Below, piece after piece: positions 63,431 to 64,000 of a stretch of 64,000 bases of DNA (positions are counted from its first letter, which is position 1; each line of letters begins with the position of its first letter). The DNA is from Torpedo marmorata (taxonomy: Eukaryota). The notes beneath the pieces are model-generated. The model was given only the letters and a program-made list of their open reading frames with translations, did no database searches and was not told the origin of the DNA. Location of the stretch: positions 53,692,001 through 53,756,000 of the forward strand of contig OZ360225.1 of assembly GCA_977017645.1 (NCBI GenBank), written 5' to 3'. Position numbers and translations under genes: made by a program.

Positions 63431-64000
63431 TGCCTCTAGGATACAAAGATGTTCATATTCCTTGGTAAAGTGGCCACTGTAAGTTACCCCTAGAGCATTG
63501 GTGAGTGGTAGAGGTGAGATGAGTTGATAGAAATATGGGAAGGATAAAATTGGATGACTGTAGTATAAGAGTTAAATGAGTGTTTAAGAGTCAGTGTTGA
63601 AGTCGACCCGCGCTGTAATAAATTAAACAACAGCAGAACCAAGAGCGTACAATCACTTCTTTATTGTATTATGCTAGCGGGAGTAAGGGGTACAAAGAAT
63701 GAGTAGACTGTGTCATTTGTTCCCTGCACTGAGCCTCACTCAGAGTACACAGCATCCTTGTACAACATATATAGTCCTTCAGACAGATGCCTACGTGCAG
63801 TTTTACATGTTTTTACTATTGGCAATCTAATGGTTTTGCTACTTCTGTCCTTCGCAGCTGCTTCTGTCCTTCACAGTTTCTGTGATTTACAACCCAGAAA
63901 CTTTTTGATACGCCATATCTCTTACTTAATACTCCCATCCCATTCCAGTCAAACTATGCTTTGCAGTTGTGGACTGCCTAATCTACTAAGCCATTAACTC

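Noticed and set aside
63612-64000. Possible LTR edge (tgtaataaatt..tctttattg)
   Set aside because: No second copy, TSD or internal sequence in the window to support it.

Overview
Vertebrate genomic DNA, most likely a cartilaginous fish (shark or ray). This is inferred from the mix of V-SINE/HE1-like SINEs, CR1, Rex/Babar, AT-rich L1, Penelope and HERO elements. I found no convincing intact host protein-coding gene. The window is almost entirely nested, decayed transposable elements, many with readable target-site duplications (TSDs). These include two Gypsy elements (4456-8912, and 18005-23039 lacking RT), a HERO-type LINE bracketed by a 311-bp direct repeat, a Penelope element plus related hammerhead-bearing fold-back elements, several L1, CR1 and Rex copies, hAT and Tc2-like MITEs, and a BEL/Pao element (43282-51400) with a related solo LTR. 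The most notable signal is in the BEL element. Its RT-RNaseH-integrase core is replaced, in frame, by a coiled-coil segment that closely resembles the vertebrate host protein MIPOL1, which suggests host-gene capture by a non-autonomous LTR retrotransposon with non-canonical TG...TA ends. There is an assembly gap at 46805-46977. All family and gene assignments come from recalled motifs, not database searches.
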